From an uncultured Brevinematales bacterium (GTDB taxonomy: Bacteria; Spirochaetota; Brevinematia; Brevinematales; CAZQBT01): a stretch of 64,000 nt of DNA. Below are positions 1 to 9,723 of the stretch, piece by piece; within the stretch, counting starts at the first letter, position 1, and every line of letters begins with the position of its first letter. The position numbers and the translations under genes were made by a program. The notes beneath the pieces were generated by a model, which saw only the letters and a program-made list of their open reading frames with translations, had not been told where the DNA came from and did no database searches. The stretch lies in assembly GCA_964591955.1 (NCBI GenBank), contig CAZQBT010000001.1, positions 371 to 64,370 on the forward strand, in the 5' to 3' direction.

Positions 1-2
1 CC

Positions 3-230
3 ATAGCCCCCGTTTTAAAAATCGGCGGAGCTTATGGAGATATTAAACGCGGAGAGGATGAGTATTTCGATAATTTCGGATTCGCATTTACCCCATTGTT
101 AGAAGCAAAATTCGCTGTTACACAATCTATAAAATTGGGCTTGAGTTTCGGGTATCCTATGCTTTTTATCTACGAGGGTATGGTGAATTATATCGACCTT
201 GGAGCATTTTTCTCCTATTCGTTTAAATAG
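3..230 (+). CDS. 3' end of a gene entering from upstream; C-terminal fragment of a probable outer-membrane beta-barrel protein
   Basis: The frame is open from the window edge to TAG at 228-230. The translation ends ...FAFTPLLEAKFAVTQSIKLGLSFGYPMLFIYEGMVNYIDLGAFFSYSFK*, with an alternating hydrophobic pattern and an aromatic-rich C-terminus. It is absent from the ORF track because no start lies in the window. Its stop is 20 nt before the next ATG. Confidence 0.4.
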   Translation: MAPVLKIGGAYGDIKRGEDEYFDNFGFAFTPLLEAKFAVTQSIKLGLSFGYPMLFIYEGMVNYIDLGAFFSYSFK

Positions 231-250
231 AATTTTCGGAGGTAAAAACT

Positions 251-3109
251 ATGAAGAAGAATTTATTAAGATTTTTATTAGGAGCTTTTATGGGTATGGG
301 GCTTCTTTTTTCCTGCACATCTCTTAACGAGCTTTTGGATACACAATTCGGAGAAAAAGATACGGCAGTTCCGTTTGTTATGATTACTTCCCCGACAAAC
401 GGAGCAATTGTAAATACGGAAACCATTACTTTAAGCGGAACATCGGATATACAATCCCCGAATACCGTTTCAAAAGTAGAAGTTCAATTAAACGGCGGGG
501 AATGGGCAAACGCAACAGGTACTGCGGAATGGTCTGTTGAAATTAGCCTAAACGAAGGAACTAACGTTATATTAGCAAGAGCTACGGCTGATAACGCGAA
601 AACCGCAGTATCGGATGAATGGAATGTTATTTATGACCCAAGTATGCCTTCCATAACTATTGTATCTCATGAAAACGGGGATTTTGTAAATACCGTAAAT
701 ATCAGTTTTAGCGGAACGGCATTTGTTCAATCTCCTCATTCCATTACGCTTGTTGAAGTTCAATTAAACGGCGGGGAATGGGCGGAGGCTACAGGCACGG
801 ATAACTGGTCTATTAATCTTAATCTTAACGAAGGCGCTAATACGGTATTAGCAAGGGTAGAAGCCGACAACGGAAAAACCTCATCTTCCGCATTAATAAT
901 CATAAATCTTGACACTATCGCGCCAATGATAACTATCAGCAGTCCGACAAACGGGCAGGAAGTCGGATCAAGTTACCAATTTATGGGAACCGTCTCCGAC
1001 AATTTCGCCGGTGTTGACAAGGTTTTCTATAACACAGACGGCGGAGAATGGTTTGAAGCCGATATTGACGGAACTAACTGGAGTGTAATAATAAATGTTG
1101 ATGATTACGGCCAACATACAAACCGTGCTTTTGCAATAGATATGGTCGGCAATTCATCATCCACAAACTTTGTATGGATTGAACGCACAAGCGTTCCTTC
1201 AATAAACATAACCTCTCATTTCAACGGCGAACCCGTCCTTGAAAGCGAAATAACTTTGGAAGGAACGGCAAGCGTAGATACCCCATATATTATTACCTCC
1301 GTTGAGGTGAAACTTAATGAGGAAGGCTGGGAAAGCGCTACAGGCACGGATAACTGGTCGGCTAACCTCAGTCTTAACGAGGGTAAAAATACAATAATAG
1401 CGCGCGCACATTCGGACAGCGGAAAAAGCGCATCGGTTGAATGGACTATATACTACGACCCCGCTATTTTTGTATGCACCACCGGAAATGACGAAAATTC
1501 AGGGACAAGACTCGCTCCCGTAAAGAGTATTCAAACCGCTCTATCAAAAGCGCAGACTTTGGGTTTAAACAATATATACGTTGCTTCAGGACGTTATATA
1601 AGAGGAACCGGGTTAAACGCCTCAAGTTTAATCCATAATTACAGCGGGGTACGTATAGGTATTTCGGATATTACACTGCTCGGCGGTTGGAACAGCAGTT
1701 TCAGCGAAAGAACGGGAAAAAGCGAATTAGACGCGGAATCGGGTTTATACCATGTAATTTGGATTGACAACGTTGACAACGTTACCATAGACGGGTTTAT
1801 AATCCGCAACGGCAACGCAAACGATTCAACAACTGCACATCAACGCGGTGGCGGAATTTATATTGATCAGGGAAACGGGCATACAATACAAAATACTGAA
1901 ATTTCAGAAAACCGTGCGCTTACTCTCGGCGGAGGAGTGTATATCAATCAGGGTGAAAACCATACTGTTGATACAACAATAAACCTCAACTTGGCAAACA
2001 ATAATCACGGCGGAGGAATTTACTTACATCAAGGAACAAGCCACACTATTAAAGGCAATATTACCGATAACACCGCCAATCAATACGGCGGAGGAGTATA
2101 TATAAGCGCGGGAACAAGTCATACCGTAGAAGCAGATATTTCCGGTAACACAGCTAATACATACGGCGGAGGAGTATATATAACGGGAGGTAACACTCAC
2201 ATTATTGATGCAAATATTTCCGGTAATACCGGAAATACACGCGGAGGCGGTGTATATATAAATCAAGGAACTTCCTTTACAATATCGGGAACTATTGCCG
2301 ATAACGAATCTGCCTTAGGCGGAGGAGTATATATTTGGTATGGAACTACACATACTCTAAACGGTTCCATTATAGGAAATAATAGTACTACAGACGGAGG
2401 AGGTGTCTGTGTGTGGTATGGAACTACCCACACAATAAATGCCACTATCAAAGAAAATTCCGCTATCAGAAACGGCGGAGGGATTTACATGGAACGAAGT
2501 TCGGGACACTCCATAGGCGGAACTATTAGCGGTAATACGGCAAATACCAATGGTGGAGGAATTTACGTTAATATCGGGACAAGCTACACATTAAGCGGAA
2601 CCATCAGCAGTAACTCTGCACGAAACGGTGGAGGAATGTTTGTAAATCAGGGAACAGGACATAATGTAACTGCAACTTTAAATGAAAACTCTGCTACTCA
2701 GTCGGGAGGAGGTGTTTACTTAAATAATAGCACAAATAACTCATTAGGTGGAAATATTAAGAAAAATACTGCAAATAACGGTGGTGGTGTTTATTTATCA
2801 CGAGGAAGTTTGCATACTTTAAACGCAACAATTTCTGAAAATACTGCGCTAATTGGAGGAGGGGTATATATTGATATTGGCAAAGACCACACGATACGTG
2901 GCAATATAAGCGGTAACACAGCATCCAGCACCGGCGGAGGATTATATTTATTAGATATAAATCCCAATACTACGCTTATTTTCAATGCACCAACCATACA
3001 AGCCAATTCAAATTATGGAATTTCAAGATATGGAAGTACTTCTTTTCCTCAAGGGTTAGATACAATCAACTGGGGAACGGGGAATAGTCCTGCTAATAAG
3101 AACTGGTAA
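251..3109 (+). CDS. Large surface/secreted lipoprotein: Ig-like modules, right-handed beta-helix and about 17 polymorphic-membrane-protein-like (GGG[VI]Y) repeats
   Basis: ATG is preceded by GGAGG. The signal peptide has lipobox LLFSC. Four copies of an approximately 70-aa module are present (ITLSGT...VEVQLNGGEW..ATGT..WS..L.L.EG.N.ILARA). The segment FVCTTGNDENSGTRLAPVKSIQTAL..IYVASGRY is typical of beta-helix proteins. It is followed by a 25-26 aa periodic repeat N-T-A-x-x-GGGVYI-x-x-G-T-S-H-T-I-x-G-x-I-S-G. A paralog lies at 23295-25760. Confidence 0.85.
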   Translation: MKKNLLRFLLGAFMGMGLLFSCTSLNELLDTQFGEKDTAVPFVMITSPTNGAIVNTETITLSGTSDIQSPNTVSKVEVQLNGGEWANATGTAEWSVEISLNEGTNVILARATADNAKTAVSDEWNVIYDPSMPSITIVSHENGDFVNTVNISFSGTAFVQSPHSITLVEVQLNGGEWAEATGTDNWSINLNLNEGANTVLARVEADNGKTSSSALIIINLDTIAPMITISSPTNGQEVGSSYQFMGTVSDNFAGVDKVFYNTDGGEWFEADIDGTNWSVIINVDDYGQHTNRAFAIDMVGNSSSTNFVWIERTSVPSINITSHFNGEPVLESEITLEGTASVDTPYIITSVEVKLNEEGWESATGTDNWSANLSLNEGKNTIIARAHSDSGKSASVEWTIYYDPAIFVCTTGNDENSGTRLAPVKSIQTALSKAQTLGLNNIYVASGRYIRGTGLNASSLIHNYSGVRIGISDITLLGGWNSSFSERTGKSELDAESGLYHVIWIDNVDNVTIDGFIIRNGNANDSTTAHQRGGGIYIDQGNGHTIQNTEISENRALTLGGGVYINQGENHTVDTTINLNLANNNHGGGIYLHQGTSHTIKGNITDNTANQYGGGVYISAGTSHTVEADISGNTANTYGGGVYITGGNTHIIDANISGNTGNTRGGGVYINQGTSFTISGTIADNESALGGGVYIWYGTTHTLNGSIIGNNSTTDGGGVCVWYGTTHTINATIKENSAIRNGGGIYMERSSGHSIGGTISGNTANTNGGGIYVNIGTSYTLSGTISSNSARNGGGMFVNQGTGHNVTATLNENSATQSGGGVYLNNSTNNSLGGNIKKNTANNGGGVYLSRGSLHTLNATISENTALIGGGVYIDIGKDHTIRGNISGNTASSTGGGLYLLDINPNTTLIFNAPTIQANSNYGISRYGSTSFPQGLDTINWGTGNSPANKNW

Positions 3110-3149
3110 CCGTAAAGAGAAAAGCGATTTTGATTATACAAACCAAAAG

Positions 3150-3176
3150 GGCTGTCTTGCGACAGCCATTTTTTAT
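3150..3176 (+). terminator. Rho-independent terminator after the Pmp-like gene
   Basis: GGCTGTC-ttgc-GACAGCC hairpin followed by ATTTTTTATTTT. It lies between convergent genes. Confidence 0.6.
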
Positions 3177-3204
3177 TTTAATCGACTCTATAAAACAGGA
3201 ATGC

Positions 3205-4650
3205 CTACGCTTTGATATTACAAACCACGTTGCGGAAACGTGCCGGCGCAACGCCGTGTGAGAGATGCATATCCTGGCCGGGTTCGCCCTTGCCGCAGTT
3301 AAAAGTCCCGGCATACCCCCACTCGCTTTCACCGCAGACCGCATCGCAAGCCCCCCAGAACTGCGGGGTGATACCGTAGTAGGTCGGCTCTTTGACAATC
3401 CCGCAAATCTCGCCGTCACGGATTTTCCATCCGATTTCCGTAGTGAACTGGAAATTATTGCGGTTATCGTCGATAGACCAGCTTTTTGTATGGTCGATAA
3501 AGTAACCGTTCGCGGTGGATTTGATAAGGTCGGCAAGGCTTCCCGCATCGCCGGGCAAAAGATTAAGGTTAGTCATCCGTATCAGAGGGAACTGCGAGCC
3601 TGTTGAGGCTTTCATATTGGAGGTAACGGGGAGATTTAAAAGCGGGGCGATTTCCCTGCTTGTCTGGAGACCGACCAAGATGCCGTTTTTGATAATATCG
3701 AAACGTCCGGCAGGCGCGCCCTCATCATCAACGGGAGAAAAACCGATACCGCGCATATCGCTGCTGTCCGATACGATATTGACCTTATCCGAGCCGTAAC
3801 GGAATTTTCCGGGCATATCGGGTGTGATAAAGGTTTTTCCCGCGTAGGAAATTTCCATCCCGAAAATCCTGTCCGCCTCGGTTGCATGCCCGATAGATTC
3901 GTGGATTTGCAATGCGAGTTGTCCTCTGCCGAGAATCAGGTCGGCGCGCTCCTCTTCGATAACGGGCGCATTGAGTAAATCCACCGCCTCTTTTATAATC
4001 CTATCGGCGTTACCCTCCATATCGAGGTTTTTAACTATCTCAAACCCGCCTACCCTCGCGGACATATCCCCGGGGTAAGTCCGTCTCTGCACGCCGTTGC
4101 CGTCGGAGGTAATCACCTGAAAAAACGGGCTTACCTGATACGAAAGGCTGTCAACAAAAGCCCCCTCGGTGTTGGCATAGACTTTATACTGCCTGTAAAA
4201 GCGGACATATAAATAGTTAAAGACAACCGATTTATGTTTATCATTGATGGATTTTGCGATATTAAGAAGATACTGCGTTTTTTCCTCTCTCGGCAGGATA
4301 AACGGGTCAATCTCAGGGCGATGGATATAAGAGGTTATAACGGGGGTAAGTTTCGGGAATTTGACCTTGTTTCGCTTAAACTTGGCTGAGTGTCTTGCGT
4401 TTGATATAGCCCTGTCGATAGCATTGTCGATAGCCGAAATACCGAACTCATTAATCCCGCAAAACCCCCACGCCCCGTCAACAAGCACCCTTACGCCGAG
4501 AGCGTTATTATTAAGGTCGGCGGAGAATGATTTAAGCTCGCCTTTCTCGAAATAGAAAACCTCGCTGTCGGTAGATGTAAACCGGACGTCTCCGAATTCA
4601 ATATTACGGACGGATAATCTATTAACAATATCGTTTACCAACTTCTTCAT
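3205..4650 (-). CDS. tldD: TldD-family metalloprotease
   Basis: 481 aa with the HESIGHATEADR (HExxxH) motif and TldD-like length and C-terminus. AAGGAGG precedes the ATG. It is adjacent to a PmbA-family partner. Confidence 0.9.
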   Translation of the reverse strand: MKKLVNDIVNRLSVRNIEFGDVRFTSTDSEVFYFEKGELKSFSADLNNNALGVRVLVDGAWGFCGINEFGISAIDNAIDRAISNARHSAKFKRNKVKFPKLTPVITSYIHRPEIDPFILPREEKTQYLLNIAKSINDKHKSVVFNYLYVRFYRQYKVYANTEGAFVDSLSYQVSPFFQVITSDGNGVQRRTYPGDMSARVGGFEIVKNLDMEGNADRIIKEAVDLLNAPVIEEERADLILGRGQLALQIHESIGHATEADRIFGMEISYAGKTFITPDMPGKFRYGSDKVNIVSDSSDMRGIGFSPVDDEGAPAGRFDIIKNGILVGLQTSREIAPLLNLPVTSNMKASTGSQFPLIRMTNLNLLPGDAGSLADLIKSTANGYFIDHTKSWSIDDNRNNFQFTTEIGWKIRDGEICGIVKEPTYYGITPQFWGACDAVCGESEWGYAGTFNCGKGEPGQDMHLSHGVAPARFRNVVCNIKA

Positions 4651-4664
4651 TTTTTCCTCCTTTG

Positions 4665-5996
4665 CTAAATAGTGTGAGTAGAAGAACTTATATTAAAGTT
4701 CCCGGCTTTTATATGCGGAACAAGACGGCTTGAAAACTTGAAATCGAAATAGTTGGATGATACCGTAACGGGATAAAGTTTGTTTTCGATATCGACTGTG
4801 TTTGCAAAAATCGAGGAGAGCCGCTCGGTAAAGCGAAGGTTATTAACCATCGACACAATCCTGCCGTTACGAATAAGAAAAGTCCCGTCTCGTGTGAGTC
4901 CCGTAACGGATGTGTCTTTCATATTGATAAAATTCATATAGTGAATATTCGATATAAAAAGCCCGTTCTCGATACCGCTTATCATATCATCTAATGAACA
5001 GCTTCCTTTTTCGATAGCGATTGCATCAACGCCGACAGCGCCGTTCTTTTCCAAGCCGAGCTTATGCCCGTAGTAATGGTCAACCACAAAGTTTTTAAAC
5101 ACTCCGTCTTTGATAATATCTACTTTTCCCGCAATATGCCCGTCTTCGTTATACGGGAAAGTTATCACGCGGGGATTTACCGGGTCGGATGATAAAGTAA
5201 AGCCCGATGGGAAAATCTTTTGTCCGGTTTTTCCCTCAAAGAACGAAGTTCCTTCATCAAGAGTTTGGGCATAGGCGCAATACATCAAAAATGAGGCAAA
5301 CTCTCCAACGGAATGAGGCGACAAAATAACCTCATATTCGCCCTGAGGCATATCAATAATATCAAGCCCGGCAAACCCGATTTTCTTTTCAAGATTTGAT
5401 ATAAACAGATTCAAGTCGAAAGTATCCAATGAGTTTCCGCCGAAATTTTCTATAACCGTAGCCATATTCTTATTTGATACGGCTTTAACGTCAAGCATAA
5501 CCGGGGATTGATAAAAATGCTTATCTATACCGGCGGAATTGATTATACGACAATCCCGTTTTATTGCGGCAAAAGTGCCGTATATATCAAAATTACGTGA
5601 TTTTACCTTTTCGGCAATTTTTGTAAGAATTTCGATTTTTTTCTCAAGCAATATTTCCGAAGTGGAGTCGTGTAAGGCATCGTATTGAAATATATCGGGG
5701 TTATTCTCAAAGCTGTGAAAATCGGGGTCGGGCGGAAGTTTATCTAATATGGATTTTGCGCTTTCAATACAATCCTCTATATCGGAGCCGGATGGATTGG
5801 AAAGTTTGAAATCGTATTTACGCTTGTCTTTCTCGATAGTTCCGCTAACGGTAAAACTTGAACGGGAAATATTATAATTGGATTCGCTGTTAAAAAACCT
5901 GAAAAATTCGGTTTTCCAGTCGGAAATAATAAATTCAAAACCGTAACCCCTATTTTCGGATATAATCCTGTGAATATCTTCAGCAATTCTTTCCAC
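4665..5996 (-). CDS. pmbA: PmbA/TldE-family protein (TldD partner)
   Basis: 443 aa TldD/PmbA-fold protein lacking HExxxH, encoded immediately upstream of tldD. GTG start with AAGGAG 7 nt upstream. Confidence 0.8.
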   Translation of the reverse strand: MERIAEDIHRIISENRGYGFEFIISDWKTEFFRFFNSESNYNISRSSFTVSGTIEKDKRKYDFKLSNPSGSDIEDCIESAKSILDKLPPDPDFHSFENNPDIFQYDALHDSTSEILLEKKIEILTKIAEKVKSRNFDIYGTFAAIKRDCRIINSAGIDKHFYQSPVMLDVKAVSNKNMATVIENFGGNSLDTFDLNLFISNLEKKIGFAGLDIIDMPQGEYEVILSPHSVGEFASFLMYCAYAQTLDEGTSFFEGKTGQKIFPSGFTLSSDPVNPRVITFPYNEDGHIAGKVDIIKDGVFKNFVVDHYYGHKLGLEKNGAVGVDAIAIEKGSCSLDDMISGIENGLFISNIHYMNFINMKDTSVTGLTRDGTFLIRNGRIVSMVNNLRFTERLSSIFANTVDIENKLYPVTVSSNYFDFKFSSRLVPHIKAGNFNISSSTHTI

Positions 5997-6017
5997 TTGA
6001 AGTCTCCTTAGAAAAAA

Positions 6018-7013
6018 TTATAAACTCTGCTTGCGGTTATGTTTCATCAGATACATACGTTCATCCGCAATTTTAATCATCTTTTCTATACCCATATTTT
6101 CAGCCTCATCACTTGAAACAAAGCCCATACTAACCGACAAGTCATATTTTCGCCCGTGATTATTATTAAGCCTCAAAAGGTTTTTATCGAAACGCTCTTT
6201 AAGCATATCAACACTGTCGCGGGAAAATCCAACGGCAACAACCGCAAACTCATCACCGCCGAGACGCGCAATAATATCGGCCTCCCTGAATGTATCGCGA
6301 AGTATATTTGCGGTATCAATCAGAGCGCGGTCTCCCTCGTTATGCCCCAGATTATCGTTTATCCATTTCATATTATCCAAATCGGCAAAAAATAAAAGCA
6401 AGTCGTCACCTTTTCGGGAACATAGCTTCAACTGCTGGTCTGCGAGCAAAATAAATCCGCGCCTGTTATAAAGCCCCGTGAGTTCATCAAAAAGCGCAAT
6501 TTGACGAAGCGCGTTCTCGATTTTACCCAATTCGGATATATCACGGGTAACGCTTCCCATCATAAAGCCCTTTCCGGTAAGCACGGGAAACACAAGCTCC
6601 TGCACAAACCTCTTTTTCCCGTCGGGCGTTGTAATCTCATATTCAAGAGGCTGATTTTCGGAGGTGAGTTGCCCTGCGCGAAGAAACTCAAGCACAGTTT
6701 GCCTGAGTTGTAAGGATATATCGGTATCGTTATCGGGTTTGGAAATAATTTCACTTTGCACGCTCCAAAACTCCCTGCCGATAACCCCCTCTCTTTTCAA
6801 TCCCGTGATTCTCTCCGCGCCCCTGTTCCATTCTATAATCCTGCCGCTTTCATCGGCAAGCACAAACCCGTCTATAGAGTTTTCTATCATAAGACGGAAA
6901 TTATTCTCATCATTATAAATTCTCTTTAAACGTTTTAACCTGAAAACAAGAACGATAAGAAAGAAAACCGATAAAGCGGATGTAGCGGAAAGTATCAAGA
7001 CAATCATTAACAT
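6018..7013 (-). CDS. Membrane-anchored PAS-GGDEF diguanylate cyclase
   Basis: N-terminal TM helix and a PAS-like region (GFVLADESGRIIEWNRGAERITG). The GGDEF domain has an intact RLGGDEFAV motif and an RxxD I-site (READ) five residues upstream. Confidence 0.9.
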   Translation of the reverse strand: MLMIVLILSATSALSVFFLIVLVFRLKRLKRIYNDENNFRLMIENSIDGFVLADESGRIIEWNRGAERITGLKREGVIGREFWSVQSEIISKPDNDTDISLQLRQTVLEFLRAGQLTSENQPLEYEITTPDGKKRFVQELVFPVLTGKGFMMGSVTRDISELGKIENALRQIALFDELTGLYNRRGFILLADQQLKLCSRKGDDLLLFFADLDNMKWINDNLGHNEGDRALIDTANILRDTFREADIIARLGGDEFAVVAVGFSRDSVDMLKERFDKNLLRLNNNHGRKYDLSVSMGFVSSDEAENMGIEKMIKIADERMYLMKHNRKQSL

Positions 7014-7022
7014 AGAATATCT

Positions 7023-7601
7023 CTATTTATAGTTGACTTTGTAATTACCTGAGCCGGAATTAATGTCGGTGGATTCGAGAAAAACGTTAAAATACTTGAC
7101 TTTAGTAAGCCCGAAATTAAATTCAAGGTCTTGTAGAACGCGCTGCTGGATACGCTCGGAGAATCTGATAAAATCGTTTTTCTCGTCAATATCAAGCCAA
7201 ATACTAATACCGATACTTTTTTCCTTTAAGAGATTTACCCTGACCTCAACGGAATCCACTCCGCTAATTTGCGAAACGGTATCGTGAATAAAAGAGGCGA
7301 TAGCGGTATCGCTTAATAAAACCGTGCCTTTCTCGCAAGTAACCCTGATATAAGAAGTGGCAATCGCTTCATAGACCGAAAATGCAACAACGAGAAGCGG
7401 AAGTGAAATCAAAACCCCGGCGGAAATTCCGATAAACCTGAAAGCCGGCATCCCGGTTCGATTAAGAAAAATATAATCCAAGTCGGCGCCGGGAACGTAG
7501 GTAAGAAACACGCGATAAAGCAAGAAACCCGCTATAATAGAAATTGCACAAAATGAATATAGTAAAACCTTTCTTGTAGTGCTAATCCACTTCTTTTTCA
7601 T
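7023..7601 (-). CDS. Asp23-domain membrane protein (AmaP-like)
   Basis: N-terminal TM helices followed by an Asp23-like C-terminal region (VDSVEVRVNLL..IGISIWLDI). The likely start is the ATG at 7601; the track start at 7604 is TTG. It follows the asp23-like gene. Confidence 0.45.
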   Translation of the reverse strand: MKKKWISTTRKVLLYSFCAISIIAGFLLYRVFLTYVPGADLDYIFLNRTGMPAFRFIGISAGVLISLPLLVVAFSVYEAIATSYIRVTCEKGTVLLSDTAIASFIHDTVSQISGVDSVEVRVNLLKEKSIGISIWLDIDEKNDFIRFSERIQQRVLQDLEFNFGLTKVKYFNVFLESTDINSGSGNYKVNYK

Positions 7602-7899
7602 CAAATATATCCTTAACGTTTAATTCAAGCGACTTGATTTGAACACCCGCGAGATTTAACAAATTTTCGCTTAAGGACTTTGAAAGCCTGTCGAGAGTTT
7701 TGCCTATCTCCCTTCCGAATTTCACTGTTACATCAATACTTATAAAAAGCGAAGAGTTCCCCGAATACTTAATCCGTAGCGGAGTATTGGAAAACTTGCG
7801 CAAAAACTTCCGCGAATAAAGACAAATGTCCTCATCTTTATCCACGGTAAGCCGTATCAGGGTTTCAAGACTCGATTTATCCACGATAAAACGCTTCAT
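7582..7899 (-). CDS. Asp23/Gls24-family protein (YqhY-like)
   Basis: 105 aa. The segment ISIDVTVKFGREIGKTLDRLSKSLSENLLNLAGVQIKSLELNVKDI matches the Asp23 core pattern. It sits directly downstream of accC, as in Firmicutes. Confidence 0.55.
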   Translation of the reverse strand: MKRFIVDKSSLETLIRLTVDKDEDICLYSRKFLRKFSNTPLRIKYSGNSSLFISIDVTVKFGREIGKTLDRLSKSLSENLLNLAGVQIKSLELNVKDIFDEKEVD

Positions 7900-7905
7900 T
7901 AAACA

Positions 7906-9252
7906 CTAATCCTTATTGAATTTAAAATCTTCAAGAAATTTGGTAGTATAATTCCCATTCCTGAAAATACGGTTTTCCATAACCTTTTGATGGAAAGGAA
8001 TCGTGGTTTTAATACCCTCAACATGAAACTCGGCAAGAGCGCGTTTCATTCTGGCAATAGCCTCTTTACGGTCGCGTCCCCAAGTAAGCAACTTTGCTAT
8101 CAGAGAGTCGTAATACTTGGGAATTTCATATCCCGCATAAGTGTGGGAATCCACGCGAACACCGGGACCACCGGGAAAATGGAGATGTTCAAGCACGCCG
8201 GGTGTCGGCATAAAGTTCATATATGGGTCTTCGGCATTAATCCTGCACTCTATCGCATGCCCTTTCATACTAATATCTTCCTGTTTTATAGAAAGTTTTT
8301 CTCCCATAGCGATAAGAATCTGCTCTTTAACAATATCGGTATTGGTAACCAATTCGGTAACGCAATGCTCAACCTGAACGCGGGTATTAACCTCCATAAA
8401 ATAAAAATTTCCGTCCCCGTCATAAAGGAACTCAACCGTTCCGGCGCCCGAGTAACCTACGTGACGGATACCTTTTTTAGCCGCCTCACCCATAGCCTCA
8501 CGGGTTTCCTCACTTAAAGCGGGACTGGGGGCTTCTTCTATTAGCTTCTGGTGACGTCTCTGAACGGAACAGTCCCTCTCGCCGAGATAAACAACATTTC
8601 CGTAGTCATCCGCAAGAATCTGAATTTCTATATGACGCGGGTTTTCAAGATATTTTTCGAGATAAACATCGGGGTTTGCAAAATTGGCTTTTGCCTCACC
8701 CTGAGCAATAGGGATAATATTACGAAGTTCATGCTCGTCCCATGCAATTCTCATACCCTTACCTCCGCCTCCTGCGGTGGCTTTCACGATAACCGGAAAT
8801 TTCACCTCTTTAGCAAAACCTATGGCTTTTTCAATATCGGTGATAATATCGGTGCCGGGAGTAACGGGAACGCCAACCTCCGCCATAGTTTTACGCGCGG
8901 TTGCTTTATCACCGAGCATATTGATGGTTTCCGCGGTAGGACCGATAAACTTGATATTATGCTCTTCGCAAATTTTGGAAAATTTAGCATTTTCGGATAA
9001 GAAACCGTAGCCGGGATGGATAGCATCGGCTCCGCTGATTTCCGCCGCGCTTATTATAGCCGGGATTTTGAGATAAGACTCGCTTGAAGGAGCAGGTCCT
9101 ATGCAAATATCCTGATCGGCGAGACGCGCGTGAAGGCTTGTCTCGTCCGCCTCGGAATGGATTGCAACAGTCGGTATATCCAATTCCTGCGCCGCCCTGA
9201 TAACTCTAACTGCAATCTCTCCTCTATTGGCAATAAGAATTTTTCTAAACAT
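7906..9252 (-). CDS. accC: Acetyl-CoA carboxylase biotin carboxylase subunit
   Basis: 448 aa starting [14 protein letters not shown]. Contains [20 protein letters not shown] and NTRVQVEH motifs; a canonical ATP-grasp biotin carboxylase. Confidence 0.95.
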   Translation of the reverse strand: MFRKILIANRGEIAVRVIRAAQELDIPTVAIHSEADETSLHARLADQDICIGPAPSSESYLKIPAIISAAEISGADAIHPGYGFLSENAKFSKICEEHNIKFIGPTAETINMLGDKATARKTMAEVGVPVTPGTDIITDIEKAIGFAKEVKFPVIVKATAGGGGKGMRIAWDEHELRNIIPIAQGEAKANFANPDVYLEKYLENPRHIEIQILADDYGNVVYLGERDCSVQRRHQKLIEEAPSPALSEETREAMGEAAKKGIRHVGYSGAGTVEFLYDGDGNFYFMEVNTRVQVEHCVTELVTNTDIVKEQILIAMGEKLSIKQEDISMKGHAIECRINAEDPYMNFMPTPGVLEHLHFPGGPGVRVDSHTYAGYEIPKYYDSLIAKLLTWGRDRKEAIARMKRALAEFHVEGIKTTIPFHQKVMENRIFRNGNYTTKFLEDFKFNKD

Positions 9253-9264
9253 ATCTCACCTCTT

Positions 9265-9702
9265 TTAAGATTTTTCTATTCGCATAATGGGTTGACCGTA
9301 TTCAATAGGCTGCCCCTCTTCGACAAGAATCTCCTTGAGTTTCCCGTCAACCTCTGCCTTGACCTCCTGAAGCACGCCGAGAACCCTGACAAGCGCAATA
9401 ATATCGCCCTTTTTAACCTCATCGCGAAGTTTTAAAAAATAGTCGCCTGTTTTGGGATTAAGACGGGTAAAAAAGCCCACCCACTTGGAAACAACATCAA
9501 TAACTTTATTATCCTGAACTTTGGGTTTATCATCCTGAGACACGGGAGCAGACAAAGGCGCTGTCTGTGAAACCGCCGGCGCGGCAGACTGTTTCCCGCC
9601 GATACAAAACCTCAATTTCTGGTCTCCGTTATGTATCTCAACCTCACCTATATCGGTGTCCTCAAAAATCTTATAAATTTCCTTGATGTCTTTAATGCTC
9701 AT
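9265..9702 (-). CDS. accB: Biotin carboxyl carrier protein homolog lacking the biotinyl-lysine
   Basis: ATG at 9702 is preceded by GGAGGTG; the track start at 9717 is TTG. The C-terminal 70 aa align without gaps to the E. coli BCCP biotinoyl domain, but the E-A-M-K-M-M position reads R-V-L-G-V-L (codon GGC). Confidence 0.85.
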   Translation of the reverse strand: MSIKDIKEIYKIFEDTDIGEVEIHNGDQKLRFCIGGKQSAAPAVSQTAPLSAPVSQDDKPKVQDNKVIDVVSKWVGFFTRLNPKTGDYFLKLRDEVKKGDIIALVRVLGVLQEVKAEVDGKLKEILVEEGQPIEYGQPIMRIEKS

Positions 9703-9723
9703 TGTAGCCACCTCCAAACGGAA

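Noticed and set aside
2024-2451. Track ORFs antisense to the first Pmp-like gene (2024-2266, 2263-2451, 2791-3006).
   Set aside because: They lie inside the repeat region on the opposite strand. Their low-complexity translations (for example PPP and Cys/Ile-rich runs) are the mirror image of GGNGGN codons. They have no SD sequences.
1860-2960. Strongly periodic ~75-78-nt DNA repeats, also at ~23400-24700, that could be mistaken for a CRISPR array or satellite.
   Set aside because: The periodicity is in-frame within long ORFs and encodes the GGGVY beta-helix repeat. The units are degenerate, with no conserved repeat and unique-spacer alternation, and no cas genes are present.
3093-3606. 151-aa minus-strand and 113-aa plus-strand ORFs overlapping the tldD 3' region.
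   Set aside because: They sit in alternative frames of a GC-rich stretch of a confidently identified tldD. Their Arg/Ala/Pro-rich translations are typical of out-of-frame artefacts.
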